Shown here: positions 39,201 to 51,700 of the stretch, piece by piece
Position numbering within the stretch: the stretch's first letter is position 1
Layout: each line of letters begins with the position of its first letter
DNA from: Tubiluchus corallicola
Taxonomy: Eukaryota > Animalia > Priapulida
NCBI GenBank assembly: GCA_030141605.1
Contig: JAQGDQ010000128.1
Span: 434,001 to 498,000, forward strand
Direction: 5' to 3'
Length of the DNA: 64,000 bases
Notes under the pieces: model-generated
Told to the model about the DNA's origin: nothing
What the model saw: only the letters and a program-made list of their open reading frames with translations
Databases searched by the model: none
Made by a program: the position numbers and the translations under genes

Positions 39201-42200
39201 TATTTTTTCACAGTACATAGCTGAACAAAATTGCTATCAAGATAAGTTGGAAGCTGCATCTAAAAGTGGATTTGATCTGTCACCGACTGCTCCGAGGCAT
39301 TCACAGGATTTCGTCAAGTTAAACAATGCAGACAGTGCTTTGTCGGGATTTGGGTTGGAAGTGTCAAAATGTAAGTACTGAAATATGTACAGCACGTTGT
39401 CAGTTACCCGAGAATGTATGACTTCTAGCTTAGAATGTCTAAAATATTATGGAAAATGGTTGGATTCGGACAATGTGCAGTTTCCCAAAGCGTTAAAATT
39501 TTATTAGCACACTGATACTACTTTGTTGTACGACTTATGTATAGTATAATGTTTGTGTTTTTACATACCAATGACATGCTCGGCAAACATTGTGTTGTTC
39601 AGTAAGTGTACTGTTCCATTTTTTTAAGCTTATGCTATCAATTTTTGGCAGTACTGGTGTACACCAGTTGCTAGCCTGTGTTGGAGGGACCACATACATC
39701 ATTTAGCTATGAATTTACTTTTCATTGGAAAGTTGAGTACTTGGTGTTTTTTCAATACAGAAACTTAAATAATTGTAAAAGTGCATCAAGCAGCTGTGTC
39801 TGCGTAAAGACTATTTGTTAGACATGTTAACGTGACTGGCATAAGTTGTTAATCTTACTAACTTTGCTTTACCATTACCTTTGCTTACCTTTACAGGCAA
39901 TAGAAAAGACAAATCACTTGGAATTCTGAGCCAAAAATTTCTTATGCTGTTCCTTTCATCTAAGGTACCATTTTTGTGTACATATTTAGTACGTAAAAAT
40001 GTTGTAAAAAACCTAAATGTTACGGGTCTTTCAAATCAGATTTTTCTGTTGGATTGTGGTTAAAATCTTAATAGCATTTTGATACTAAAGTTTAAGGACA
40101 TTTAGTTTATGATGTACATTTAGTAACTTAAATTGTCATACAAGGTGATTTCATAGACTGCAAACTTAACCAGTCTTTATTTTATTTTCAGACGTCTTCT
40201 GTCAATTTAGATGTAGCAGCATGGATTTTGATGGGTAATGAGCTTCCAGAAGACATGACACAATCTAAATATAAAAGTAAGTTTTCATTGTAAGTCTGTA
40301 AGAGATCATCTCTTTTCTAGATATTACAGTACTTAACCTTTACCTAGCTGTTTATGTCTCGGAAAACTTCAAAAGCTCCTTTGTGCAACACCTTGTTCTG
40401 GTGTCCTAGCTTATGCAGCATCATTCTGCCACCCAGTCACACTTGCTTTTATTTTAAGTGGTATTTGTGGGTATGATGAGTTACACAAAGTTTACAGTTT
40501 GTTTGCTACAGCAGATAAAACAAAGTCATTGTTTAAAGAGTTTCAACGTCGTTGTTAAGAAGAAGAATTGTTTTTATTTTATGGTAGTCTACATATTTCG
40601 ACCAAATCTGCTGTCATATAAAATATAAAACCTTTACACAAACCGTTACTACATTTTTTTATATGTATACTTACTAACTTCTTCATCATGACTCTGTCGT
40701 TTTGCTTCTGGTCCTATCTAAAGAGTTTCAAAATATACTTCCTTGTCTTTGTATGTCTTATTCTGAAAGTAGGTTATTAGTGTGTTACATTTTCTAGCCC
40801 TAGTTAGGAATACTGTCTCCGTGATATAGCGTTTGAAAGTTCTTCATTGTAGAAATGTATTTTGTTGTGCAGCTAAAGTCAGGAGATTGTATGATATTGC
40901 GAACATTTTTACAACTCTTGGACTCATTGCTAAGACTTCCATACCTACCAGCAGTGGTCGTAAACCTGGATTCAAATACATTGGGCCGAAGATTTCAAAC
41001 GGTGATTCTCGAGGTAAACTATTAAGTATTTTAGTCAAGCAATTACCAATATTTTTAAAAAAACAGAATTTGCCATTTTTTTATTCATTAATGATAAAGC
41101 AATTATATATCTTCTCCTAAAATAATTAAAATCAAATTTAAAATCATTTTGTGACAAAACTGTCTTTCTGTTTATTTTATGATTGTCTATATATTGTACA
41201 AGTCATCATAACGTAGTGTGGTTTGCTAAAGTATTTTGCAAAAATTCATGTGCTGAATGCAGTGATGTTCTTGCAGTCCAATGCTAATTTTTTTACTATT
41301 GAAGCTTTAAAATATGCTGTTTAAAGCACTTGAAATTTTATCAAATTTGTTCTACTAAATAATTTTTAGTGGAGTAAAGCCGCTTTTTTTTTCAGGGGAA
41401 AGATGTTTGGCAAGGCGATCTCGATCGGTGTCAAAACATTCTTTGTTAGACACTATTCCTGAACCATCACCATGTCATACTGTCAGTAAAGAGTCACACT
41501 GTAGTGCAGCATTGTCTGATGTTAATTGTATTGAACCTGAACTTAAACAGGGAGCAACCTCCAACTTTGACTTGATTGCTGACTCACATTCAAATGTGGA
41601 AGTTATGTCAAGTTGTTATGAAATGCTACCAGCTGACAGTGTCGGTGTAGAACCCATCTACACAAATATAGAGTTTCCTACCACAGGATTTTTGCTTTCT
41701 GGAAGTGGACAATCCAATCTTTTAACTAGTAATGAAGAAGTTATTATTGATAGTTTTGACGTGGGCATCGTGTCATCTGGACAACAGGGTCATCATGATG
41801 TCAGTCTTGTTTCCAACAACAATGATCGACGGAGTCGTGGTAGAAAACCAGGTACAGGTGAGTCTGTCAAAAATATGGTAGGCCTAAAATTTTGAAAATA
41901 GACCTTCACTTTGAAAAGCAAGGATTTGTGCTGTTGTCGTTAAATCTTTATCCAATGGATATTTACCAGATTTTTCATCCATAACTTTTTTCAAACGGCT
42001 TTTTCTAGGTGATACCTGTCACTGAGTTGGCAGGTAGGTCAGCAAAAAGTCAATCTCCCAATATAAATACAAAAACAAAGTTTTAGTGGCATCAAACTGG
42101 TTTACTTAATTTTGTTATCTAACCTATCACTTCACTAACTATCTATCTATCATTAACTAATCTATCACTTCAGAAGAGACACAAAATATTACAGGAGGTC

Positions 42201-45200
42201 GCATGTTATCCTTAATCTAGGTCATTAACTTAATAATTGAATGTATTTTCTTTAGAGTGAGGCACATCATTGCAATGTTCCAAGTATCAGAAGCATGTAA
42301 GAGACCTCTTGTCATGTTTGAGCTCAGAGGTCACGCAAAGTCATCACCTAAAGTATGAAGCATAGAAAGAACTGTGGCTTAATGCTATAGTGGGTCACAG
42401 ATAGAAACAGCAACAAAATGTCTCAAGTCAGTTACACTGTATATGTGCAGTAGACAAAGTGTCTGGGGATTTTCTTTGATGTTGCTGTTTTTTCTTTAAT
42501 TGCAGTTAAGCGTGGAGGTGGGACATGTAAATCCAAGAGCAAAACAGGTGGACAAATAGCTAAACTGTCTCGACACTCATCTTTCCAAGAAATATGTCTT
42601 GTAGCAGAAGAAGAACGAAATAAAATGTTGTCTGCATCAGCACCAGTTTCCCCTGTTAAATTAGGTAATCTTTTTTCAATCTCATTTTTCTTGTTTTCAT
42701 CACAAAATTTATGTTTTGCGCAAATTGCCCTTACATGTGGGCTGAGAAATATTAGCTGAGTTTAGTTTCATTTATAAACGCTTTTAGAAAAACTGTTGTC
42801 AAATACCAATCTCATAGTGACATATCTAATACTCTTAAACAGTTTAAAAATGATGCAGAGCTGGTTTTGTTGTGCTGCAGTCTTTCTTACTTTGATCTAT
42901 GTATCTTTTACAGTAAGTTTTGCATCTGAAGAAAAAGAATCACGTTGCCTTTTGGCATATTTAGGGTAATAAAATTGCAAATGAAGTAGTTTGGTTGTTT
43001 TAAATGGTAAACACTGAAAACCCTATACTCTCTAGGAAATACAAATGTGCAGGGAAATTAGTGCAGTGCTTTCCAGACACGTGTAACTAGCGTTGCACTT
43101 AGCCAGATAATATATTTAAACAGTTGCACATCTTGTCTCATATGTATTTCTTATAGATATCAGAAATAACACATTTTGGAACAGTATTCTATTTTGATAT
43201 TTTCTTTTCAGATATGCCAAGTAGGATTAAACATGAGTTACTCTCATCAGAACTAACCAAATCAGCTCGCTCTTTAGAAAACACTAGTTTAAACAAACAG
43301 GAAAGAATATCTGGGAAGACAAGTCTTACTACAACTTCTGAGTTTCACATTGGAACAAACTCTTTCAATGAGAGACCGACTATAAAACAGTTACAACCAA
43401 ATAAAGATTTACATGTTACAATTTCAATAGACAATAATCGGGAGCAAGTGGAGCAGAACCTTGCTGCTCGTGTGATTACTAATCTCAAAACTTACAGCAA
43501 AAAAGCATCAGTTCAAAAAAGAAATCAATTTGCTAATGGCAATCGCATGAAACCGCCTACCCAGGCTGTGACGGCTGCTAAACGAATTGTACTAGCAAAA
43601 GAAGACAGCTTAAGAATAACTGAAGCTATAAAGACCGCTCAAGCGCAAAGGCAAAGAGACTTGAGAACAAATGAACAAGGAATGTCACAAAAAAGCTGTG
43701 AACAGCAATGTAATTCATCGGGGAGTTACAGAAGTGTCTATAATTTCAGCAAAAAGTCATTTTCTACTTGCTATGTTAATGGTCAGAAAGTCCAAATTAT
43801 TACCATTCCTCCAGTGAAAACATCTTTGGCTAAAAAAGCCGCAACCTTAAAGGGGCTGGCCAAAAATGTAGTTTCGCCTTCGCTGGGAACCTGCGATCAA
43901 AGTAATGTTAATTATGAAATGACTGACTCTAATTGTAAAGACTGTAGTGAACATGATATCAGTGATGAAATAGTTCACACTGTTAGCACTTCTAACGATG
44001 GTTCTCCGTCTCACAAAAACTTTTTGCCAGAAGCCTCTGTTTGTAAGCCTGCTGCAGATGGTACTTTGCATGGTAGTCAATGTCTAGATATAGATCAGCA
44101 TACCAAGGGCAAACCAAACACATTTAAATCGACTCTTCGTCAATCCTCTGATCCAGTTTTTACTACTAGCAGTAACACTGAACCATTGCATAAAGGAAGA
44201 CAAGAAGAGTCAGCATCTTTAGAGTTGCCTCGCCCAGATTCTACCAGCAGCATGTTGGAATTAGCTTCCATCTTCGATGAAGAAAGTCACAGCATCGATG
44301 CACCTGCTGACAGAATAGAAATTCCTCGGTTTCCATCTTTCGGGTTTTCCCGTTTTCCGTCTTTCAATTGCGACTTGCTTCCTTCTGCCCTGGAACCACT
44401 CGCAGAGCAGCCTGCAGGGTTTACAGGAAACAGTTTTACTTCGCTAACTTCTTCTTGCCGCCAGACGGGACAATTTGATAAAAATCAGACTGAATCAGAG
44501 TTACCTACAACATTTCCCAGTTTTAGCAGTTTGAACCATATGGGTACACTCAGTACAGAAGCAAACGTTACTATAGACAACTCTGATTTGTGTCCATATG
44601 GCACAAAGTTCACCAATCGTCAGGCTGAAGACATGTTGTCATTTGTGCTTGCTGAATTTGAAAATCATATGGCGAAACTGAAAGAACTTGAAGTTGATCA
44701 AACTAAAGCTGAAAACGTAACAAAAGCACCAATTGCTGATGAAAGTTCTCACATTAGCAGCAACAGACAAGCTGATGACGGATTTTCTGGAAGCTCTCCA
44801 ACTGTATCTCCGCGTTCTGTTTATTCGGAGAGTGGTGATCTTTCGCGATGTTCCTTGTCGAGTGCAAGCTCAAACTCCTCATCTCTTCAGGATATACCGC
44901 AACAACAGGGCCAACCTGTTACATTTTCTGATGAATTCAGAAGTTTTGTGTCAACCCGCACACCACAAAAATCGTTACCCGATAACAGCAACCCTGTGAG
45001 TAGACATTCTGAATAATATATTGTCTTACATGCTTACATTTTCATTAAAAGTTCACAAGTTAATATTTCACTATGAGACTCACATATATGAAATTAATAT
45101 CCGTTGCACTCATTACAAATTGTGATCAACCAAATTTAGGAATTTAGTCAAACTGAATCATAGAATACACAATATGTTTTGATACTATGGATAAAATGCT

Positions 45201-47131
45201 TCTCATTGTAATAAATTTATATTTATGTAGTGCAACTATTTCTATTCAACTGTTCCCATGCCCATATTTATATCTTTCTGGAGTAGTTAGCATTGTATTT
45301 TAAAAGTGCTCTTTCTAATGCTGCCTGGTTTATGCTCATAAAAAGTTTTGTTGCACGTGCAAATCAATTATGAGCGTCCTATTAGCTGCCAATCTGGTCC
45401 TTTATAAGGTTTTTTCCAAAATCTTGATAGGCTGATATTGGCCAGCTGACCCCAGTCTCAACGTAGTCTCTTGCAGCTATCATATGAGGATAAACAAAAA
45501 TGCACATTACTGTAGACATTTTAGAAGTGCAAGATACATGAGCAGTTGAGCAGTAACAGTACTCTTCTATCCACGTCCATGGATTATATCTACTCTAGTG
45601 ACTAGCCAATTGTGGTCAGTCAGTAGCGAGTGTTTATTTTGGTTGGTAATCTTTTCTCATATCTATGTGCAACCCAACGTTTGTGCAGTGCATTTGATAT
45701 TACTTGTGACTTTATGTTTCTTTTTTATTCTGAAGAACGATAAGTTTTTACCAACCAGAATTCCCAGTACACCCTTGAGGACTACCCCACCAGCAGATTG
45801 GAATGGTTTATTTCATGGAAACACTGGAGCAAGTTGCCGCGATTCACCTCTAAATCCCACTACGCCCAGCCGTGCTTTGCAGCTACATAGTAAGCATTGT
45901 TTTTGGAATACACTATTCTGGTACCTTTATTGTAAATTTAATTTCAAAGTGAAAATAATTTTTTGTATTTTGCACAATTTAGGACTGTGCAAAACTAAAT
46001 CCAATTTTTGTCTGGAGCAGCAGTACAAGTATGACAGAACTTAGTACCAAACTCGTTTAAGGCCAACTTTTTTGCATTCTCAAAGTAGACAGTATAAATA
46101 TATTTGATTGTATGTTCTTGATATCTGAAAACAAGAAAGCTTCAACCACAGGATTTCTATATTACTCAAGCTGCTACAGTACTGTACACAGTACAGAGCA
46201 AAATAGGTGTGCTTAACAACCTATCTTGAGCAACACTGGACTTGGTTAGTAAATAGATGTGTAATCGATCACCACCAGGATAATTCTTTCTCGGTCTCTT
46301 CCTGTCGTTTTATGACTCGCTCCATGTGCCGAGGTGTATAAAAGAACATTAACAGTACAGTCACCGCCGTTTTTACCTACAGATCCATTTAATAAATTTT
46401 TTAGTTTTCTAATACTGCCAATTTACTAGCAATTCTAATTTTTGCATATATTTTATCTACTAATAATACTGTAGCTTTCAATTATCAACAATAGAAATGT
46501 TAATACAGCACTTTAGTGTTGCTCAAGAACATAAAGCAATTTGATTTTGCACCAAAACAAGGTGAAGGATAAAATTTGTTTATTGTGATTGAATTTATAA
46601 TTGATATTACCTATTACACTCAATGCAGAATCTTAAATTTTAGATATAAATTGATTTATTTATTTAGATTTATTTAAATTCTTTAGATTTAAAATACTTA
46701 TAGCACTTTGCTGTATACCAAAAAGATTACTGACTCTGCTTTGTGTCAGCTTGTACTGGTTCATGCTCTTGTGTTTCATTTGGCAGTGCAGCAACAACAG
46801 ATACTGCATTTTTCCTTGGATAAAGTTATTGCCACTTTACATGGTTAGTCCATGTGCTTTACTTGTTTACCGAGAGCTTGTAATGTCAAGTGTGTTACAT
46901 GGGCTTAATTTGGTTTAATTTGGAGAAGCCCAACTAAAGACGTTGTATTTCAGCATTATATTTACATGCTGGTATCACATTTTTTAGTTAAAATCTTGTC
47001 ATGTGTTTTATTCAGGAAATGAGCCAACCACTCCTCAACATTCTGAAGTAACAGATGAAGATTTATCAAACAAAGATTGCTATGTGAAGCCTATGAACCA
47101 CAGCTGGTCAACTTTCCTTAAAGGTGAATAA
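36266..47131 (+). CDS. E2F7/8: Atypical E2F repressor (E2F7/E2F8 family) with two DNA-binding domains, about 1390 aa
   Basis: Exons: 36266-36859, 37247-37482, 37848-37927, 38294-38424, 39214-39370, 39897-39964, 40192-40276, 40873-41013, 41396-41857, 42506-42664, 43212-44995, 45736-45889, 47016-47131. The last two are less certain. Motifs: [18 protein letters not shown]; DBD1 [11 protein letters not shown]...[11 protein letters not shown]; DBD2 [13 protein letters not shown]...RRLYDIAN; SRHSSF...SAPVSPVK. Confidence 0.9.
46227..46268 (+). pseudogene. Degenerate 5S rRNA-like fragment (possible 5S-derived SINE relic) in an E2F7/8 intron
   Basis: GAGCAACACTGGACTTGGTTAGTAAATAGATGTGTAATCG resembles the 5S internal control region AAGCA..TCGGGCCTGGTTAGTACTTGGATGGG.GACCG. 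The match is short and diverged. Confidence 0.35.
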
Positions 47132-47206
47132 TTTATTTTTAAAAAAGTAGCTCGTTGGCTTCTTACCACATCTGTTGTAGGTACTGAGCTGTTCGATTAT
47201 AGGTAA

Positions 47207-47319
47207 ATCATTGCCATACACAAACGACACACTGGGTTTTCAGTTTCTTTGTGTCATTAGATATCATTGCCATACACAAACGACTCACTGGGTTTTCAGT
47301 TTCTTTGTGTCATTTAGAT
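47207..47319. repeat. 56/57-bp direct tandem duplication
   Basis: ATCATTGCCATACACAAACGAC(A/T)CACTGGGTTTTCAGTTTCTTTGTGTCATT(T)AGAT twice. Confidence 0.9.
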
Positions 47320-48722
47320 CCACAGATGTTTATGATCTTCAGCTTACAAAGTAAACACTGAGTTATTCTGAAAATTTGCACGTGCCATAAACAACTATGA
47401 AATTAACTTTTTGCTTCGAAAGTCAAAAGCCTTTTGGAAAAATAACACTACATTATGAAGAGATCAGCTGGCTTTGCAACACACGCAGTTAATTATACTA
47501 TCGACACATTTCATTCCACCCGTTTTTTCCAGACATACCACAAAATGTTAATGCATGTGAGACACCAGTGCAAATGAGATCCGATGATATCATTGGTAAG
47601 AGAGCATGTCTCTTTGCGGGCAAGGAACTATAGGATGTTTGTGTCATTGGAAAGCTGTCAGAAATGGTTTATCGACAGATTATTTGATTTACTTGTTAAA
47701 GTGTGAATAGGATGGCAGTACTTCTGCAAACTGTTGTGTTCCACTTCTCTTTTAAACTAATGGTCATTGGCATTGTCTCGCAAATTTGCACATTTACAAG
47801 TGGAAATTGCAAGCTAACATTTTGCCTGCATAATTGTGGGCTATTATGAAATCAACTTGTAGTTGTTCAGCAGTAGTGAACGTGTGCTTGTTTTATGTAG
47901 AAATGTCATTTCTAATTATTACATAATTAAATGTAATTTCATTAGCACATGTAGTATAAAATTTTTTTTAGGAATTGTGTTTGAGAACTGAAAAGTGATA
48001 GTGTTGTAGCTCATTAGTGGTTTACAAAACAGTGCTTTCTCAGTTTTCCTACTTTCCTTGTTGAGAACGTTAATTAGTACTATAATATGTTAGTAACTAG
48101 TAAGAAAAAGTTAATGGCTTGTTTTTATTGATAGTTCTTTTTATTGTAATTTAAAACTTCATTATCACAGATTTGTAAACATGTTGTCCTTATATGTTAA
48201 TGTGTAGTGCATATTATATGATAGCATAAGTATGAGAAGTGAAAACTGAATAATTCTATTTTTTAGCGAAACACTGTGCAGCGAATACATAAAAGACTGC
48301 AAAAGCGAAGAGTAGATTGCCATGCATTTTGTTTGAATCTGATATACATCACCAGCTACATGGTGTGCGGCTGTTACATTTACAAAACTGTTCAATAAGA
48401 AACAATTTTCTTAGTTTTATTACATTTATTAGCGTTTCCTTGATCTGACAATATACATTAATATTCCCCTCCTAAATACACTTCACTGAATGTAATCTAC
48501 ATTCTTAAGTTATTTCACATTATCACTCTCTTCACAGTTCTGCAGAATGAAGAATATTTCATTTCCATAGTATGAATTCCTGAACTGATTCTCTATTAAT
48601 GAAATACACCACAACCATCGCTGCATTAACCATCAGCATGAAAACATGATAATAGGAGTTATGCACAGAAAGTACATAATTTCTCAATAACTAACAAAGA
48701 AATTTGATAAATTAGCCCAACA

Positions 48723-51700
48723 TCAATAATTATATTTCAGCTTCCTTGGCTTGAAATATTCCTTTACCACATCGTCTGTAACTTTCGCGCGAAGTTCTTG
48801 ATGCTTTCCAACTACGTCATGTAGAATTCCTATAAGTTCTTTCTTTAGATGACCAGTTAGAAGTTCTCCACTAGTATAATCCTGAAATAATGAACAGTGC
48901 GTGCATCATCAGATATATCTAGTGTAAGGGATACATTACATTTATTAAGGAGTCCCTTCACAAGTACTGTATGGAAATCTTCGAAGCACCAAGCATGTTA
49001 GAGTAGTGATTACAAGATGAAGTTAACAAGCTTGGTAAAGTTTAAATTATCAAGCACAGCAGCAAATAACCAAGCAATTAGATTTCAGTTCAGAAAATGT
49101 GCCTAAAAAATATTGCTCAACAAAATTTTGTCAATTTACTCTTTCCATCTGCCATACGAAGAAAATAAGCCAATTCAAAATCTCTACAAAATGTAGTATA
49201 TTTCAATCGAAACACAATTTTACATTAAAGACGTGAAAAGCTCCCTGCAATTTTAATCGTCACGAATTGTTGGAAAAGCATCGAATATTTGGAAGTCTTC
49301 AAAAAGAACTTCTTAAGCATTTGATTAAGTCAGGTAATCTTATAGTGGTGGATTCTTGTTCTATTCCCACAGATTGCTGTCTCACTATCTAGCTTTGCCT
49401 TGCTACATGTCATAAAGTGTGCAGCTGTTTTGTTTAAGAAGTTGCAACCTATTCGTTTTCAGAAACTACTATCATTTATTGTTTGCAAACATCTTTCACA
49501 TGTTTAACCCTACTTTATATTATATAAACGGTAAAAATACCTTCATAGCACTTTAAAGTACTTACGCATGTTTAAAAAATTTCATAAATTATTTATATAT
49601 CATTTGTTTAATTCGAGAGAGATACACGCTGCATGTAGTGACATCTATTGGTAGGAAAGATGTAGCACTATAAGCTGGTGTTCTCTTAAGACTATTTAAG
49701 TCATGATTTACTTACCACTCGAATCTTTTCTAACTTATCATCATCTTCAAGGAAGAATGTCAGGTACTGGTAAGAAATGTCAACATCACATTTACCTCCA
49801 AGACGTCGGTGTTCTTCCACCGTTGCTTGGCCACCAGAGAACGCATATTTGTTTATCTGTTAATAATATATTTAAACCTTTATTCCACCAAAATCGTTAT
49901 GGCTGTGACACGGTTTAGCATTGAGCACAGTTGAATATAATGTGCACAACTTTCACACAATACGAGGCTGATAAGACTATAGAAATCCACTACACGTTTA
50001 CTTCACATTTTTAGATGGCCATTTTGTAGGTGATGCATATGATCTACCTTTAGCAGTTAATCCATCGCCTCCTGGACCATGACAACTTTTATTAATACAA
50101 AATAAATTATGAAAAGCCTGTACTGAAAATCTAGTTATAACAAGTCTGTTTGCCCAGCATTTTTCCAGTTATATAGAGGCATAGCGAAATTGCCTGTTAA
50201 AAACTGATTATCCAACTCTTCTACCTCCTTTCTATATTACTTAAGTGCTCATTAAGAGCCACTGTTCCACGTAATGACAGAAAGTGATTTTTCTTGGCAC
50301 ATAAGAAGTACTTTCACACAAGACTTTTGAATCTTGCAAAAAAAATTAATGGTAAACTATTGTTAATAACAGGAATTATCTTCATCTTAAATAATTTTGC
50401 AGCAGTAAAAGTTTATCTGTCAGTAAAAAGCAATAATTCATTATTTGCAAGCTTAAGAACAGCATTATTTCAGAAATGAGTTCTAAAAACAGCTTTTCAA
50501 AAACAATTTCATTTTTGCTAAATTGTAATTTAGTGGAGGATCATATGAACACTAGGTGTTTGTTACTCATTCTCTACAAAATCAGCCACAGACAAGCCAA
50601 TGCAACATTTATCGAACATTTGTCTATGAAACTGCAATGACAACTGATCCAATAAATGGTATGGAATGAACCAGTTTTGGGCTCGTTTTTCATTAAGCAT
50701 TTTCACTGAAAGATGTTGAAAATGAAAAAAATCTTATAACAAGAAAAGCTTATTATAAAAAGACAGTTCTCAAATCCACCATGAGTTCAATGCCGGACAG
50801 TCTGATGTTTTTACTTACAGCACTGCTGCTGCTAAAAGTACTGGTATCATTAATTAAACAAAATCCTGTATTTGCTAAAAAATGCATTCCAGTCTTGTTT
50901 TTTTCAAACATGATGTTAATTCCCACCTATCAATTCATTAAGAATTTTCCTTTTAAAAGAAACTGCATGTACCTTGGTCTTAATCTGTTGCTTAGTGTCA
51001 GTTAAAAATACTGAAGAGTTTGGTTCACTAGCACTCATTTTCGTCATTGCACCTTGTAGAGCTGGGATGAAAGTAGAATGAATTAATGACGGTTTGGGAT
51101 AACCAAGCCTAGGTGCCACATCCCTTGTGATTCTAAAGTAAGGGTCCTGAAACAGCATTAAAACCATGTTAATGTGAAACAAACACCCAGATTTACAAAA
51201 CAATGTTTTATAGAATATCAGCAAAAAATCTCAGTCACTACAAACGTTTTGCAGATAAAATGAAAAACCAACAAACTATTGCAAAAAAGGCCACACCAGA
51301 AACTGTCGAATGAAAGATTAATGTAAGTGTACAAGCAAAAAAGGGTGACACAAAGTATTCAGTGTTTTAGATAGCTGATAACATTTTTTGTTTAAATTCT
51401 CTTTCTGCTTTACAATTAATTATATCTTTCCTAAGGGATACAGTAAACTCTGCATAACTCAAATCCAACCGGATGAAAAAACTTTGAGTTAGGCGATGTT
51501 GACCATTCTCCAGCATAGAAACTCTAAACCTCTCCATCATCAGACGGCGAGCTATTTAGAAGGCAAAAGGTCAATCCTTCTATACATAAACAACGAGACA
51601 TGATGACAATTACATAAAGAATAACAAATTATGTAGTGAGACAACGATTTTTTTAGTGTTACAGAGACAGAGAATTCGAACAGACAATGACAATAGAGTG

